Shown: positions 1 through 9,614, counted from the first letter of the stretch. The stretch is 64,000 nt of DNA from Sedimentisphaerales bacterium (GCA_040772485.1 JAXGYC010000007.1:224001-288000), one strand, 5' to 3'. Numbers and translations: made by a program. The notes: generated from the letters alone by a model not told the origin.

Positions 1-538
1 GCCGTCGTCGCAGTGATGTCTTGGCGCGGTGGAAGCGGATGCGGGCTCGTTCAGGCGTGGTTCGCGTGCGCAGGGCGATTTCGGTGTAGGGCAGGTTCTC
101 ATAGCAGCGTAGACGCACCACGTCCCTGTGCTGGCCCTGGAGATGTTCGACTGCCATGGCGACCTGTTGCAGGGTTTCCTCGTGAATCTCCGATTGCAGT
201 GGGTTGTCGTCGCTGTCGGCGCATCGGCGGTCCTGGAGGAAGCTGCTCTGCATGGCCGTCTGAAGGCGCCGCCGCCGGAAGGCGTCCTGAATCTTGGTGT
301 AAGCGATCCGATACATCCACGGCCAGAAGCGATCGGGATCGCGCAACGACTCGACGCCACACAGCATCGCCAGCAGCGTGTCCTGGAGAATGTCCTCGGT
401 CATGTCGTGGCTGAGCGTGATCCGCAGCACAAACGGGTAGAGCCGCTGCCAGACGACACCGGCCAGGTCTCCCAGGCCGGTCTTGTCTCCCGAGCCGGCT
501 TGCCCCGGCAAGGTGTTCTGATTGTTCTCCGCACTCAT
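1..538 (-). CDS. ECF-type RNA polymerase sigma factor (3' end outside window)
   Basis: Absent from the ORF track because there is no stop in the window. Manual translation from ATG 538 (GGAG upstream): MSAENNQNTL...VWQRLYPFVLRITLSHDMTEDILQDTLL...DPDRFWPWMYRIAYTKIQD (region 2) ...HRDVVRLRCYENLPYTEIALRTRTTPERARIRFHRAKTSLRRR (region 4.2). Confidence 0.9.
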   Translation of the reverse strand, partial: MSAENNQNTLPGQAGSGDKTGLGDLAGVVWQRLYPFVLRITLSHDMTEDILQDTLLAMLCGVESLRDPDRFWPWMYRIAYTKIQDAFRRRRLQTAMQSSFLQDRRCADSDDNPLQSEIHEETLQQVAMAVEHLQGQHRDVVRLRCYENLPYTEIALRTRTTPERARIRFHRAKTSLRRR

Positions 539-700
539 TTCCCATACTCCGTGTTGCGACCGATGCAGGTTGGTCACCACTGGTCCCGTGTCGCGCGCAC
601 CATCGGCCGGAGCGAGACAATCCCGCCCGAGTTCGTCGGCCGATGCTGCTCACCCTCCGCCGTAGCCTTCACTGATAAAAGGCCGTTCTCGAAGAAGCGG

Positions 701-2449
701 TCACATTGATTCGACAGACGAATCGGTTTTCTGTTCCCCCGCATCAGAAGATTTTTCGGACTCGACCGGTGGCTCGGACGCTTGCACGCCCCCATCCCGC
801 ACGCGCCAGGTGGGCGCAGCCAGTTCGGGTATGTCCCACGCACCGCCGCACAGGTGGCATCGTTCCATGTCGGCGCGTCGCATCTTGCCGCACGCGGCAC
901 ACGTCACCAGCCCCGCGCCCGGCCGGGTCATTCGAAACGTGATATAGGCGGGCAAGCCGAAGGCCAGCGTGCCCAGCAGCCAGAGACTTCGGGCATTGCT
1001 CGACAGGCCCACGGCCGCCGCGTCGCGGACAACGCGCCACGCCAGAAAGATCGCCAGGCCGATCCCAGGCAGTATGATCCACAGGGCGCCGAAGAATCGT
1101 GCGACAACACTTTGTCCCATCTGATCGCGGTGCATTGCCGCGAACGAATTCGGAACCAGGAACAGAGTCCGGTGGCTCGCGCCGGCCTCGATCCGGTTGG
1201 CGAGAAAGAACGACGACGCCGTCAGAACGGGCGGGTGGACGTTCTCCAACAGGTACTTCGACACCGTCAGGGCCGGCGCCCACGGCACGTCAAACAGAGC
1301 TGCCCGGGCCGATCCGATCCACACCTCCTGCCGGTGCATCCGCGAGTAGGACTCCCTGCGCGTGTCGACGCGCGTCACCATGTTGCCGTCCTTGTCGAAG
1401 ATTGACATCGCCAGAGATGTCCCCTGCCGGGAGACGCCGACGGCAAGCAGTCCGGCGTACTCATGGTCCGGCCCGATGCAGATCGCGTGCGCCCGGCATG
1501 CGAGCAACTGGGAGGGCCATCGGCGTCCTTCGCCGTACAAGGTCTTGGGCGCGGGCAATATGCCCTTTGCCGGGATGAGCTCCAGCGTTTGCTGGTCCAG
1601 CAGGACGATTTGCCCTGAGGCGTCGATCACAGGGGCATACCGGCTCCAGTAGCCGCTGCTCGTGCTGAATCGGATCGTCCAGTGGTACTCATATCGCGGC
1701 GGCGAGTCCTCATCCTGCGCTTCCCGCAGCACTCGCTTCTTGGGCGGCTCCCAACCGAGAGACAGACCTTCATAGTACAGAGACAGACCTTCATAGTACA
1801 GTGGAGAGCCCACCACAAGCGGCCTTCGCAGCATAGCGTCGGTCAGTTCGGGTCCGGCCTTGACCGTCATGGCCTCGCAGTCGACGGCGAAGAAACGATG
1901 CAGCTTCCTGTCGTAGACGATGTGGTGCAACGAGGCGCCGGCCACGTGGACAGGATCATGGAACCGGCCAAGTGTCTCTTCCGGGGTCATGGACACGTCG
2001 TCCGGTCCGGCATAGTAGATCGCCGTCTGCCGCTCGACGTTCCCGCCGGAATCCCTCTTCTGCCAATATGTGTCACGAAAGACGATTTGCCCGGCCGACC
2101 GGTCGAAGTACATCCAAGCCCCGTCCTGCGCATAATAGAAGACATCCGACCGGTCACCGCCGGGAACTCTGGAAAGGAGATAATCGGTGAATCCAAGCGT
2201 GCGGAGGAGCGGCTCGAAATCCATTCGTGCGAAAGCTGCGGAGCGCTGGTCTGCGTTGGGATCGTTCTCGATCTCTTCCGGCAGAATCCCGGACGGCGAG
2301 AACCGAACGCCCCTCGCCTCTTCGGGCATGCGGCCGCAGAGCAACAACTCCGCAAAGAACCGGCCCCAATGCAAGGGGATAACGAAGAACACCAGAACCA
2401 CAAAGCCCGTGGCCAGGACCCGGATGCCATAGTTCATAGTGGTTTTCAT
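701..2449 (-). CDS. Hypothetical membrane protein: N-terminal TM, large extracytoplasmic domain, C-terminal TMs and CxxC...CxxC zinc ribbon
   Basis: 582-aa ORF with hydrophobic segments at both ends and CAACG...CHLCG near the C-terminus; last gene of the ABC operon. Confidence 0.75.
   Translation of the reverse strand: MKTTMNYGIRVLATGFVVLVFFVIPLHWGRFFAELLLCGRMPEEARGVRFSPSGILPEEIENDPNADQRSAAFARMDFEPLLRTLGFTDYLLSRVPGGDRSDVFYYAQDGAWMYFDRSAGQIVFRDTYWQKRDSGGNVERQTAIYYAGPDDVSMTPEETLGRFHDPVHVAGASLHHIVYDRKLHRFFAVDCEAMTVKAGPELTDAMLRRPLVVGSPLYYEGLSLYYEGLSLGWEPPKKRVLREAQDEDSPPRYEYHWTIRFSTSSGYWSRYAPVIDASGQIVLLDQQTLELIPAKGILPAPKTLYGEGRRWPSQLLACRAHAICIGPDHEYAGLLAVGVSRQGTSLAMSIFDKDGNMVTRVDTRRESYSRMHRQEVWIGSARAALFDVPWAPALTVSKYLLENVHPPVLTASSFFLANRIEAGASHRTLFLVPNSFAAMHRDQMGQSVVARFFGALWIILPGIGLAIFLAWRVVRDAAAVGLSSNARSLWLLGTLAFGLPAYITFRMTRPGAGLVTCAACGKMRRADMERCHLCGGAWDIPELAAPTWRVRDGGVQASEPPVESEKSSDAGEQKTDSSVESM
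1758..1801. repeat. Perfect 21-bp tandem duplication (AGAGACAGACCTTCATAGTAC x2), in frame
   Basis: Read directly; encodes LYYEGLS-LYYEGLS in the 582-aa protein. Confidence 0.95.
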
Positions 2450-2461
2450 GGTTCGGAACTC

Positions 2462-3115
2462 CTAGAGTGACGACGACGAGAAACGGCACCAGGCGCCGAT
2501 CAGGCAGGCCACAACGAAGACGGCCAGGATTGCAGCGACTTCCAGGCCGAACCCCTTGATCCCGAGCAGCAGAGGCACGAGCATGACGATGGGCAACACG
2601 CCCAGCGTCGGCGCCAGCGAGCCCCGGTTCCATCCGGCGTGGATCCCGACGCTATAGCAGGCCAGGCACGTCAGAAAGACACTGCGAAACAGGTCCGCGA
2701 GTACCCCGCGATACAACGGGACCTCGGCTCGCTGAAGACCCAGCACGATCGAGCCCGCGATCATCACAGGAACCAACAGAATCAGAATCGCCAGCACGCC
2801 GGCCGCGATGCGGGCGGCAAAGATCTGCGGCCGCGTGACGGGCAGCGCGGTCAGGAAGGCCGACACATTTCGCGTCCGGTCCGTGTACATCTGGGCCACT
2901 CCCAGGGCGCACAGCCCGGCGACGACCACAATCGTGGCCGGGATAAGCCCTCCGACAGCCACAACCTCTCGATCGCCCCCTTCCAGGCCCAGACTGATCG
3001 AGACCAGCAACGCGGTCAGCAATCCGCTCAGGACCAAGGCCCCCACAAAATAAGCGATGTGGTCGATGACCTCGCGTTTCAGAAGCGTCCAGAACGTGCG
3101 CATGTCAAACCTCAC
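2462..3115 (-). CDS. ABC-2 type transporter permease-like protein
   Basis: 217 aa, about 6 TM segments; 'LLKRE' N-terminus and 'FLTALPVTRPQIFAARIAAG' permease motif; adjacent to an ATPase. Confidence 0.8.
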   Translation of the reverse strand: MRFDMRTFWTLLKREVIDHIAYFVGALVLSGLLTALLVSISLGLEGGDREVVAVGGLIPATIVVVAGLCALGVAQMYTDRTRNVSAFLTALPVTRPQIFAARIAAGVLAILILLVPVMIAGSIVLGLQRAEVPLYRGVLADLFRSVFLTCLACYSVGIHAGWNRGSLAPTLGVLPIVMLVPLLLGIKGFGLEVAAILAVFVVACLIGAWCRFSSSSL

Positions 3116-4040
3116 TTCCTTCGAGGACCGCGGCGTTCGACGGCCTCGTACACTCGATGAAGATGTCTTCGAGGGTCATCACCAGCTCGCTGCAACTGTC
3201 AGGCCCGAACGTTTCGAGGATGGCCTGCTTCTGCTCGTTCCAGTTGGCGACGGTGAGCACCATCTCGCGTCCGGTGTTTCGCTGGTTGATGATCTCCGTG
3301 ATGTACAGGTTCTCCGGAGCCGCCGACGGGAACAGAATCCGCAGCTTGCGGACGCGCCGTTTGAGCTCTTCGAGCTCGCAGTCCACAACGAGCTTGCCGC
3401 CGGCCATGATGCCGACGCGGTCGGCGATGCGCTCGACGTCCCCGAGGATGTGCGAGCTGAACAGGATCGTGCGGTCCTGTTTCTGGATCAGGTCGATGGC
3501 CAGTTCGAGGAACTGGCGACGCGCGACCGTGTCGAGACCGAGCGTCGGGTCATCGAGGATCAGCAGCTCGGGATCGGCCGCCATCGCCAGCGCGAGGTTG
3601 AGCTGGGCCCTCATGCCGGCCGACAACTCCTTGACCTTGCGGTCCATTGGCAGCCGGAAAGTCTCCATGAGATGGTCGAAGAACTCTGCGTTCCACCGCA
3701 GAGACAGGTCTTTGCACAGCCCGATCAGTCGGCGGACGCGGTAGTTCTGGATCAGATTGTGTCCCTCGGCCACGTATCCAATGCGGGCCCGAGTCCCGGC
3801 GGCCAGGCTTCTCGAATCCTGCCCGAGCAGCAGGGTCCGGCCCCGCGTGGGCGGCTCCAGGCCCAACAGCGCGCGGATCAACGTGGTCTTGCCGCACCCG
3901 TTGCGGCCCAGCAGCCCGTAGATGCAGCCGCGAGGCACCTTCAGATCGATGCCGTCCAGCACGCAACGACCCTCGTAATACTTGACCAGATTCTCAACCA
4001 CAATGGGGTGTTCATCCATATCCGACCTCTCGTTCGTCAC
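3105..4040 (-). CDS. ABC transporter ATP-binding protein (YtrB-like)
   Basis: Walker A GRNGCGKTT, signature LSAGMR, Walker B LLILDDP, H-loop SSH. The start may be ATG 4019. Confidence 0.95.
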   Translation of the reverse strand: MTNERSDMDEHPIVVENLVKYYEGRCVLDGIDLKVPRGCIYGLLGRNGCGKTTLIRALLGLEPPTRGRTLLLGQDSRSLAAGTRARIGYVAEGHNLIQNYRVRRLIGLCKDLSLRWNAEFFDHLMETFRLPMDRKVKELSAGMRAQLNLALAMAADPELLILDDPTLGLDTVARRQFLELAIDLIQKQDRTILFSSHILGDVERIADRVGIMAGGKLVVDCELEELKRRVRKLRILFPSAAPENLYITEIINQRNTGREMVLTVANWNEQKQAILETFGPDSCSELVMTLEDIFIECTRPSNAAVLEGSEV

Positions 4041-5321
4041 TCAATCGCCCACATCAGACACACCCGCCGCGTGCAACGCCGCCAGGGCGCGGGCGTGATT
4101 CTCGTCGAATCCGCTCCAAGCGTCCACCACCTTCCCATCGGCGCCGATGACAAAACCGACCGGCGGGCTGTCGAACTTGACTCCATAGCCCTCGACGAGG
4201 AGACTCGCTGCCTCCTTGGAGGAATCGAGAACACAGGGAAAGGTGATCCCTTCGTCGCGAAGGAACGTCTGCGCGATGCGCCGGTCGTCGGCGACGTTGA
4301 CGCCGAGAATCACAAGTCCCTTGTCCTTCGCCCTCTCATGCAAGGACTGAAGATACCGTACTTCATCGCGACACGCAGGTGCCCCGACTCGCCAGACACA
4401 GAGCCATACCACGCGGCCCTGAAAGTCGGCCAGACGAATCGTGTTTCCCGAGGCCGAGGACAGCTCGAAACCGGGCGCCTCTGTCCCAGGCTCCAAGAGG
4501 AACTCGTCCAACGACGGCGGATTCCATACACGATACCCTTCCGGCGGGGACCACGCGAACTGCTCGTTTGGGATCGAAGAGTCGATTTCCACACGCCACC
4601 ATTCCTCCACCGCCACGTGGTTGTCGGCCAGGCGAACGATCTCCTTGATCCGCCGGGGCAGGTGGTCCTCCCGGGAGAGCCAGTAGTGCCGCATGCGTTG
4701 GGCCTTGAGGTAGCTGACCTCGATCACGTCGCACGCTTCGCCGTGAATCTCGTTCGCACCGCGAAGCCGGATTCCGTCAATATAGGGCTCGAATTCATCC
4801 GCACCGCCAAAGAACAGACGCGGAGACCAGATCAGATTGCTCCAGGCGACCCCGAGCCGGGTCATTTCGCTCAAAACATCGATGTCCGGGGAACAGGCCA
4901 TGTCTACATAGACGTTGGATTGGGTCTGTTCGTAACGTGCAAAATCGTCAACTTTCAGAAAGGGACGGTCGCTCGACCAGAAGATCCGGAGGCGATCGCC
5001 GTCGGCAAGGACGGTCGTGACCCTCGTGCTCATCCCGTTGGTCAGATCCACGCGAACGAGGTTCGGTTTCTTCAGGCAGACCGTGCAGGCCGAAGGCTCG
5101 CTGCCCGGGCCACTGCAGATGCTTCGATACGACAAAGTCTGCGTGCGGCGCGCCGCTTCGAGCATTGCCTCATACAAAGCCCGCGCCTGCGGCTCGTTTT
5201 CCACAATCATCGTCGGCCGCCAGCGCGCGGCGGAGGCGCTGACCACATACAGGGCCCAGATTTCCACAACCGCGGCCGCCGCCACTACGATCCAGATGTT
5301 GATCTTGTCTTTCATCTGCAT
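4041..5321 (-). CDS. Membrane-anchored protein: LolA-like N-terminal domain plus C-terminal redoxin/TlpA-fold domain
   Basis: Start taken at MQMKDKINIW (TM anchor). C-terminal 'PGTEAPGFEL...IRLADFQGRVVWLCVWRVGAPACRDEV...GLVILGVNV...FVIGADGKVV...GFD' is thioredoxin/AhpC-TSA-like. The LolA-like call is by resemblance only. Confidence 0.75.
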   Translation of the reverse strand: MQMKDKINIWIVVAAAAVVEIWALYVVSASAARWRPTMIVENEPQARALYEAMLEAARRTQTLSYRSICSGPGSEPSACTVCLKKPNLVRVDLTNGMSTRVTTVLADGDRLRIFWSSDRPFLKVDDFARYEQTQSNVYVDMACSPDIDVLSEMTRLGVAWSNLIWSPRLFFGGADEFEPYIDGIRLRGANEIHGEACDVIEVSYLKAQRMRHYWLSREDHLPRRIKEIVRLADNHVAVEEWWRVEIDSSIPNEQFAWSPPEGYRVWNPPSLDEFLLEPGTEAPGFELSSASGNTIRLADFQGRVVWLCVWRVGAPACRDEVRYLQSLHERAKDKGLVILGVNVADDRRIAQTFLRDEGITFPCVLDSSKEAASLLVEGYGVKFDSPPVGFVIGADGKVVDAWSGFDENHARALAALHAAGVSDVGD

Positions 5322-5335
5322 AGAGCTCACAATCG

Positions 5336-6100
5336 TCAATCCCGCACGCGCGAGAACTGCCGACGGCACAACAGCAGCATTCCGACGGCGCCGTAGACGC
5401 ACGTCAGGATCAGGCTGTGCACCACACAGGCCACACTCTTGGACAGACTGAGCCGGCCGACGGTCAACGCGTACGGGCCGTATTCTCCCTCGGCGAACTT
5501 GCGCAACAGCTCGAAGGGAGGCCAGGCGTACCGCACAAAGGCGGTCAGCCACCCCGCCCCCGCTTCTCCGCGCAGCAAACCGATCAGGATGTTCATCAGG
5601 AGATAGCCCGCGATGAAAACAACGAGCAGCAGCAGGGAATTGAACGCGCGTCCCAGAACGACGGAAAGGGAGGTCGAAAGAGCCGCCACGGTGTTGAACA
5701 GTAGCCACGAGGCCAGCAGCCACACGCCGATTCCCTCGATGCTGTTTCTGGGCGTCAGCCAATCCAGCACGCTGAGCAGAACGCCGGCCAGCAGAAGATG
5801 GACGGCCGCCTGAAGCGACAGACCGACCAACCGAAAGAGGTAGAGCTTGCCCGTCCAAAACGGCTTGGTCACGAGCACGCAGATCCGCCCGGAGGCGATG
5901 TCGTCACCGAGAATCCCCGCGCTGAGGGTCAAGGCCAGAAACAGACCGCTCCCGAAGAGGATGAACTTGCCCGTGGTCTCCGTTTTGGTGGGAACGATAC
6001 TCCACCAGTACACCCCGTACATCAGCAGCCAGGTCAGGTGCGCGATCCAGATGTAGCTCCGCCGGAAGTACGTTTCTCGTATCAGTTCATACGCTCTCAT
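5336..6100 (-). CDS. ABC-2 type transporter permease
   Basis: Multi-TM protein with 'ILGDDIASGRICVLVTKP' motif; its ATG overlaps the stop of the upstream ATPase (ATGA). Confidence 0.85.
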   Translation of the reverse strand: MRAYELIRETYFRRSYIWIAHLTWLLMYGVYWWSIVPTKTETTGKFILFGSGLFLALTLSAGILGDDIASGRICVLVTKPFWTGKLYLFRLVGLSLQAAVHLLLAGVLLSVLDWLTPRNSIEGIGVWLLASWLLFNTVAALSTSLSVVLGRAFNSLLLLVVFIAGYLLMNILIGLLRGEAGAGWLTAFVRYAWPPFELLRKFAEGEYGPYALTVGRLSLSKSVACVVHSLILTCVYGAVGMLLLCRRQFSRVRD

Positions 6101-7095
6101 TGGCCGTTCCCCTCGCCACACAGACGCAGAAAGACGTCTTCGATGTTCTCTCGCTTCAGTACGACACTCGTGATCCTCGCGCCGTTCGTCACGAGGTCAC
6201 GCACAATATCGGGAACCTCGTCGGCGTCGCCGATGGCGATCATCAATTCGGTACCGGTGACGCGGAGCACCTTGGAGGCGGGCAGCGCCGTTTGGGCTAC
6301 GGTTTCGCCGCTGGAGACGACGCCCACGCAAAGCTGCCCCGCCTGGCTGGCGGTCAGGTCGTCGCCGAACCGGACAATACGGCCCCGGTGCATGAAGATG
6401 TAGTCGTTCGTCAACTTCTCCAGTTCGCCCAATCGGTGGGAGCTGATCACGACCGACGTGCCGCGACCACGCAACTGCTGGAGCAGATCGCGCAGCTCGA
6501 CGATGCCGATCGGGTCGAGACCGTTGCTCGGCTCATCGAGCAACAGCAACTGCGGATCGGACATCATGGCGATGGCCAGGGCCAGGCGCTGTTTCATGCC
6601 TTGCGAGAAATCGGAGGCCGGCCGGTCCGTAAACTCCTGCATTTGCAGTTGCTCGATGGACCTGTCCACCTGCCGGGCGATGCCCTCGCGCGAAAGCCCC
6701 AGTAGCGCGCCGTGGTAGCGCAGCACGGCTCTGGCGGTATACAGGCCCGGGAAGACCGGGTGTTCCGGCATGAATCCCAGGTAGCGTCTGGCGCCCACCG
6801 ACCGGGCCGGATGGCCGCAGACCGTGACCCGCCCTTGCGTGGGCAGGATCAGTCCGGCGATCAGGTTCAGCAGCGTGGACTTGCCCGCGCCGTTGGGACC
6901 GATCAGTCCGACGATCTGCCCCTTCCGCACGGACAACGACACGTCCCGCAGGGCACATACCGCCTTGTCAAGACTCGCAAACGGCCGGCGGAAGACCTTC
7001 GTCAGACCTGCGCATTCAACGACCATCGGCTGTACACCACATTCGCATGCCGGCTTCTCACATGTCTGCACAAGCACAGTGCATCTCCCTTTCAC
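6097..7095 (-). CDS. ABC transporter ATP-binding protein
   Basis: GPNGAGKST, FSQGMKQR, LLLLDEP, SSH. The true start may lie slightly downstream. Confidence 0.95.
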   Translation of the reverse strand: MKGRCTVLVQTCEKPACECGVQPMVVECAGLTKVFRRPFASLDKAVCALRDVSLSVRKGQIVGLIGPNGAGKSTLLNLIAGLILPTQGRVTVCGHPARSVGARRYLGFMPEHPVFPGLYTARAVLRYHGALLGLSREGIARQVDRSIEQLQMQEFTDRPASDFSQGMKQRLALAIAMMSDPQLLLLDEPSNGLDPIGIVELRDLLQQLRGRGTSVVISSHRLGELEKLTNDYIFMHRGRIVRFGDDLTASQAGQLCVGVVSSGETVAQTALPASKVLRVTGTELMIAIGDADEVPDIVRDLVTNGARITSVVLKRENIEDVFLRLCGEGNGQ

Positions 7096-7110
7096 AGATC
7101 CGTCAGAATC

Positions 7111-8502
7111 TCAGATGTTCTCGGTTGTGCTGCCCTCGGTGTCACTGAACCGCCAGAGCAGGTCGTACTCCGGCACTTTGCGGCGAGGATCATCCGACCT
7201 CTTGCGCTCCTTCGGAATGCCGCCATTGTCGTGCATGTCCTCGCCGGCGCTGTAGACGAGAAAACCATCCTGTTCGGCACGGTAGCGCAACGGTTGCTCC
7301 ACGTACGGATCGATGAGCTTCTCCAGCTTCAAATCGTCGAGCGATGACGGGAAAACGCCGTGTTCCCTGCGGTATTCGAGCAGCCCCAGCCCGGCCCGGG
7401 TCATATGCAGCCGGGCTACCATGTCGCAATGGACCCCTTTGAAGAAGTCGTTCACCTGCGTTGCCCAATGGGTCAGAAAGTGCTTGCCCCTCGCGTCGTT
7501 GAACTCCTTTCGAATGCCGGTGTCCCTCGGCACGTAGGGGCTCTCGAACATCTGTACCGCTTTGTGCATCGCACGCAGATAGGCGGCATGGGCCGCGATG
7601 AACAACGGCCGGAAGGTCACGACGCGAAACATCGCCCGATTGATCGTATCCAGGGCACTTTCCTCGTTGCCCGCCGGCTGGTCATGTTGCATGGCCTCGT
7701 ACAGCTCGTCGCTCGACAGATGGAAGAACCACTCGCCTCGCACCAGCCGTTCGGCGTCCACCGCCCGCACCAAGGGTCCCACGTTGTCGAGGTTCTTCAG
7801 AATATCCTGTGTCTTCCGACAGGCTTCAGCGTCCGGGGGGACCACCGCGCAGAGCTTCTGAATCGTGTAGCAGCAGTCTCGGATCAGACACAGACGCGCG
7901 AACTGGGTGTCCATACTCGGGTCGGACACCAACGCATCGGCGATTTTGAACTGCCCCCGCACAATGTCCCAGACCTCGGTCCCACCACCTGCTTTGATCT
8001 GGTGGTACGCCTTGGCCCTGGCAATGGCCGCGACGCGTCGCAGGTCGTGGAACCCGAACGGCCCATCGAGTTGGCCGGCTTTGTAGTCGCGATCAAATCG
8101 GCATTCGGGCCGCCGCATGGCCTCTTCGAGCAAAGACAGTGCCGAAGCCACTTCCTCTCGTTTGAGGAGTTCCTCGAACTCATCGACCTGATTGGCATCG
8201 AGATCGTCCGCCAGAAAGCCATAGGCCAGCTTGCCGAGGTAGTCGAGCATATCCTTCCTGGGGGCGGGCAACTCCTTGAGTGTCGTGACGGCGCGCTGGT
8301 ACAGCAGCGCGGCGTTCCTGCCTTCCGGAACCGGCTCGGGGATGACTTGGGCCGCCTTCATGGGCCGTCCGGCCGCTTCGAGGTCTGCGTACGCCTGCCG
8401 CAGCTTGACCGTGGACCGGATCAGCGCGACACCATAGGCGATGACCAGCACCGCCACAATGCCCCCAACAACTATCAGTATTCTCTTCGTCCTCTTGTGC
8501 AT
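7111..8502 (-). CDS. Hypothetical protein: N-terminal TM, helical body, C-terminal pseudopilin-like tail
   Basis: Start MHKRTKRILIVV (basic residues then TM). C-terminus 'YRREHGVFPSSLDDL...DPY...YSAGEDMHDNGG' resembles type II secretion G-like tails. Confidence 0.75.
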   Translation of the reverse strand: MHKRTKRILIVVGGIVAVLVIAYGVALIRSTVKLRQAYADLEAAGRPMKAAQVIPEPVPEGRNAALLYQRAVTTLKELPAPRKDMLDYLGKLAYGFLADDLDANQVDEFEELLKREEVASALSLLEEAMRRPECRFDRDYKAGQLDGPFGFHDLRRVAAIARAKAYHQIKAGGGTEVWDIVRGQFKIADALVSDPSMDTQFARLCLIRDCCYTIQKLCAVVPPDAEACRKTQDILKNLDNVGPLVRAVDAERLVRGEWFFHLSSDELYEAMQHDQPAGNEESALDTINRAMFRVVTFRPLFIAAHAAYLRAMHKAVQMFESPYVPRDTGIRKEFNDARGKHFLTHWATQVNDFFKGVHCDMVARLHMTRAGLGLLEYRREHGVFPSSLDDLKLEKLIDPYVEQPLRYRAEQDGFLVYSAGEDMHDNGGIPKERKRSDDPRRKVPEYDLLWRFSDTEGSTTENI

Positions 8503-8549
8503 CTTCGTCCCCTGCCTTCTGGAGTCGTTTGCTACGGCCGAAGCACCGC

Positions 8550-8945
8550 TTATCCCTCTTTCGAAGCCAGATTGAACCTCTCGATAGCACGGCCGAACCA
8601 CTCGACCAGCGTCGCCTTGTCGATCTGCATATGAAAAGCCTCGACCACGATCCGTTCCAGCTCTTCGCAGACAATCCGCCGCCGCACCGCCTTGCTGAGA
8701 TTGCTGTCCAGACTCGCCACGAAGGCGCCGGCGCCCGCCCGGGTGACGATGATGCCCTCCTGTTCGAGTTGGCGATAGGCCTTGGCGATGGTGTTGGGAT
8801 TGATCGCCAGTTGCTGAGCCAATTGGCGAACCGTCGGCAATCTCTCTTCCCGCGCGAGCCGGCCCAGGGCGATGTCCCGCTTGACCTGATCGATGATCTG
8901 AAGATACACGGGCCGGTCGGACGCATTGTCGATGCGAAACTGCAT
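8550..8945 (-). CDS. ytrA: GntR family transcriptional regulator, YtrA subfamily
   Basis: MQFRIDNASDRPVYLQIIDQVK...LPTVRQLAQQLAINPNTIAKAYRQLEQEG...GAGAFV; short C-terminal helix; heads an ABC operon. Confidence 0.93.
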   Translation of the reverse strand: MQFRIDNASDRPVYLQIIDQVKRDIALGRLAREERLPTVRQLAQQLAINPNTIAKAYRQLEQEGIIVTRAGAGAFVASLDSNLSKAVRRRIVCEELERIVVEAFHMQIDKATLVEWFGRAIERFNLASKEG

Positions 8946-8960
8946 AGGCCACCTCAGTAG

Positions 8961-8983
8961 TTGTACTATTATCACTATTACAA
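8961..8983. promoter_or_regulatory. YtrA-type operator (TTGTA-N13-TACAA)
   Basis: TTGTACTATTATCACTATTACAA is an imperfect AT-rich palindrome between the -10 box and the ytrA start, matching the TGTA-N13-TACA spacing known for YtrA. Confidence 0.8.
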
Positions 8984-9011
8984 GAATAACACCCCTCCGG
9001 TTCGCATTCAA
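8983..9011 (-). promoter_or_regulatory. sigma70-type promoter of the ytrA operon
   Basis: TTGAAT-17 bp-TATTCT on the minus strand with TG extension; directly abuts the operator. Confidence 0.7.
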
Positions 9012-9059
9012 GAGAAATTTTTCGGAATTCTCGCTCGGCCCGCATCGGCGCGCCCGGTC

Positions 9060-9088
9060 TTGACGAATGAACGGAACGCCGGTATTCT
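9060..9088 (+). promoter_or_regulatory. sigma70-type promoter of the ATL/GNAT genes
   Basis: TTGACG-17 bp-TATTCT ending 37 bp before ATG 9126. Confidence 0.65.
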
Positions 9089-9125
9089 CCGCGATGGACA
9101 GGACTCGGGTACAGGAGACCAGGCG

Positions 9126-9614
9126 ATGGCGAGTGCGAAAGGAAGACGCAGGAGCTGGCGTGAGAAACTGGAGAACCCAGCGGTGGAAGGGCTGCCCAAG
9201 GTGGTGGACGTCCCGGAGAAATGGCGGAAGATGATGGGAGGGCGCCGCGTGCTGGTGCCCACGCCTCTGATGGCGGACGAGGAAATCCGAACGGTGCGAA
9301 AGGGCCGACTCATCACGACCGGCCAAATCCGCCGGCGCCTGGCCGACCGCGAGGGCGCTGATTCAACCTGCCCGATGACGCTGGGCATTTTCCTGCGGAT
9401 CATCTCGGAGGCTGCTGAAGAGGACCGCGGCAACGGGAAGAAGCGTATCACCCCCTACTGGCGGGTCATCAAGGACGACGGCAGCCTCAATCCCAAGATT
9501 GCCGGCGGCGTCGAGGCCCAGACGGCCCGACTCCAGGAGGAAGGCCATGCGATTCTGCCGGGCGAAGGCAAGAAACCGCCCCGCGTCGACGATTTCGAGA
9601 GGGCTCTCGTGTAG
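9126..9614 (+). CDS. MGMT/alkyltransferase-like (ATL) DNA-binding protein
   Basis: AGGAG RBS; 'VRKGRLITTGQIR', 'TPYWRVIKDDGSL', 'QTARLQEEG' match the Ogt/Atl C-terminal domain, without the PCHR cysteine. Confidence 0.8.
   Translation: MASAKGRRRSWREKLENPAVEGLPKVVDVPEKWRKMMGGRRVLVPTPLMADEEIRTVRKGRLITTGQIRRRLADREGADSTCPMTLGIFLRIISEAAEEDRGNGKKRITPYWRVIKDDGSLNPKIAGGVEAQTARLQEEGHAILPGEGKKPPRVDDFERALV

Noticed and set aside
99..709. ORFs 99-653 (-) and 128-709 (+)
   Set aside because: Alternative frames over the ECF sigma gene at 1-538 (-).
3057..5396. 779-aa plus-strand ORF
   Set aside because: Antisense shadow of the ABC ATPase and redoxin genes; no motifs; typical of high-GC DNA.
5322..5858. 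N-terminal extension of the 605-aa ORF 4041-5858
   Set aside because: It overlaps the permease gene out of frame; the real start is near 5321 or 5315.
8503..9045. N-terminal extension of the 644-aa ORF 7111-9045
   Set aside because: It overlaps ytrA and its promoter in another frame; the plausible start is ATG 8502.
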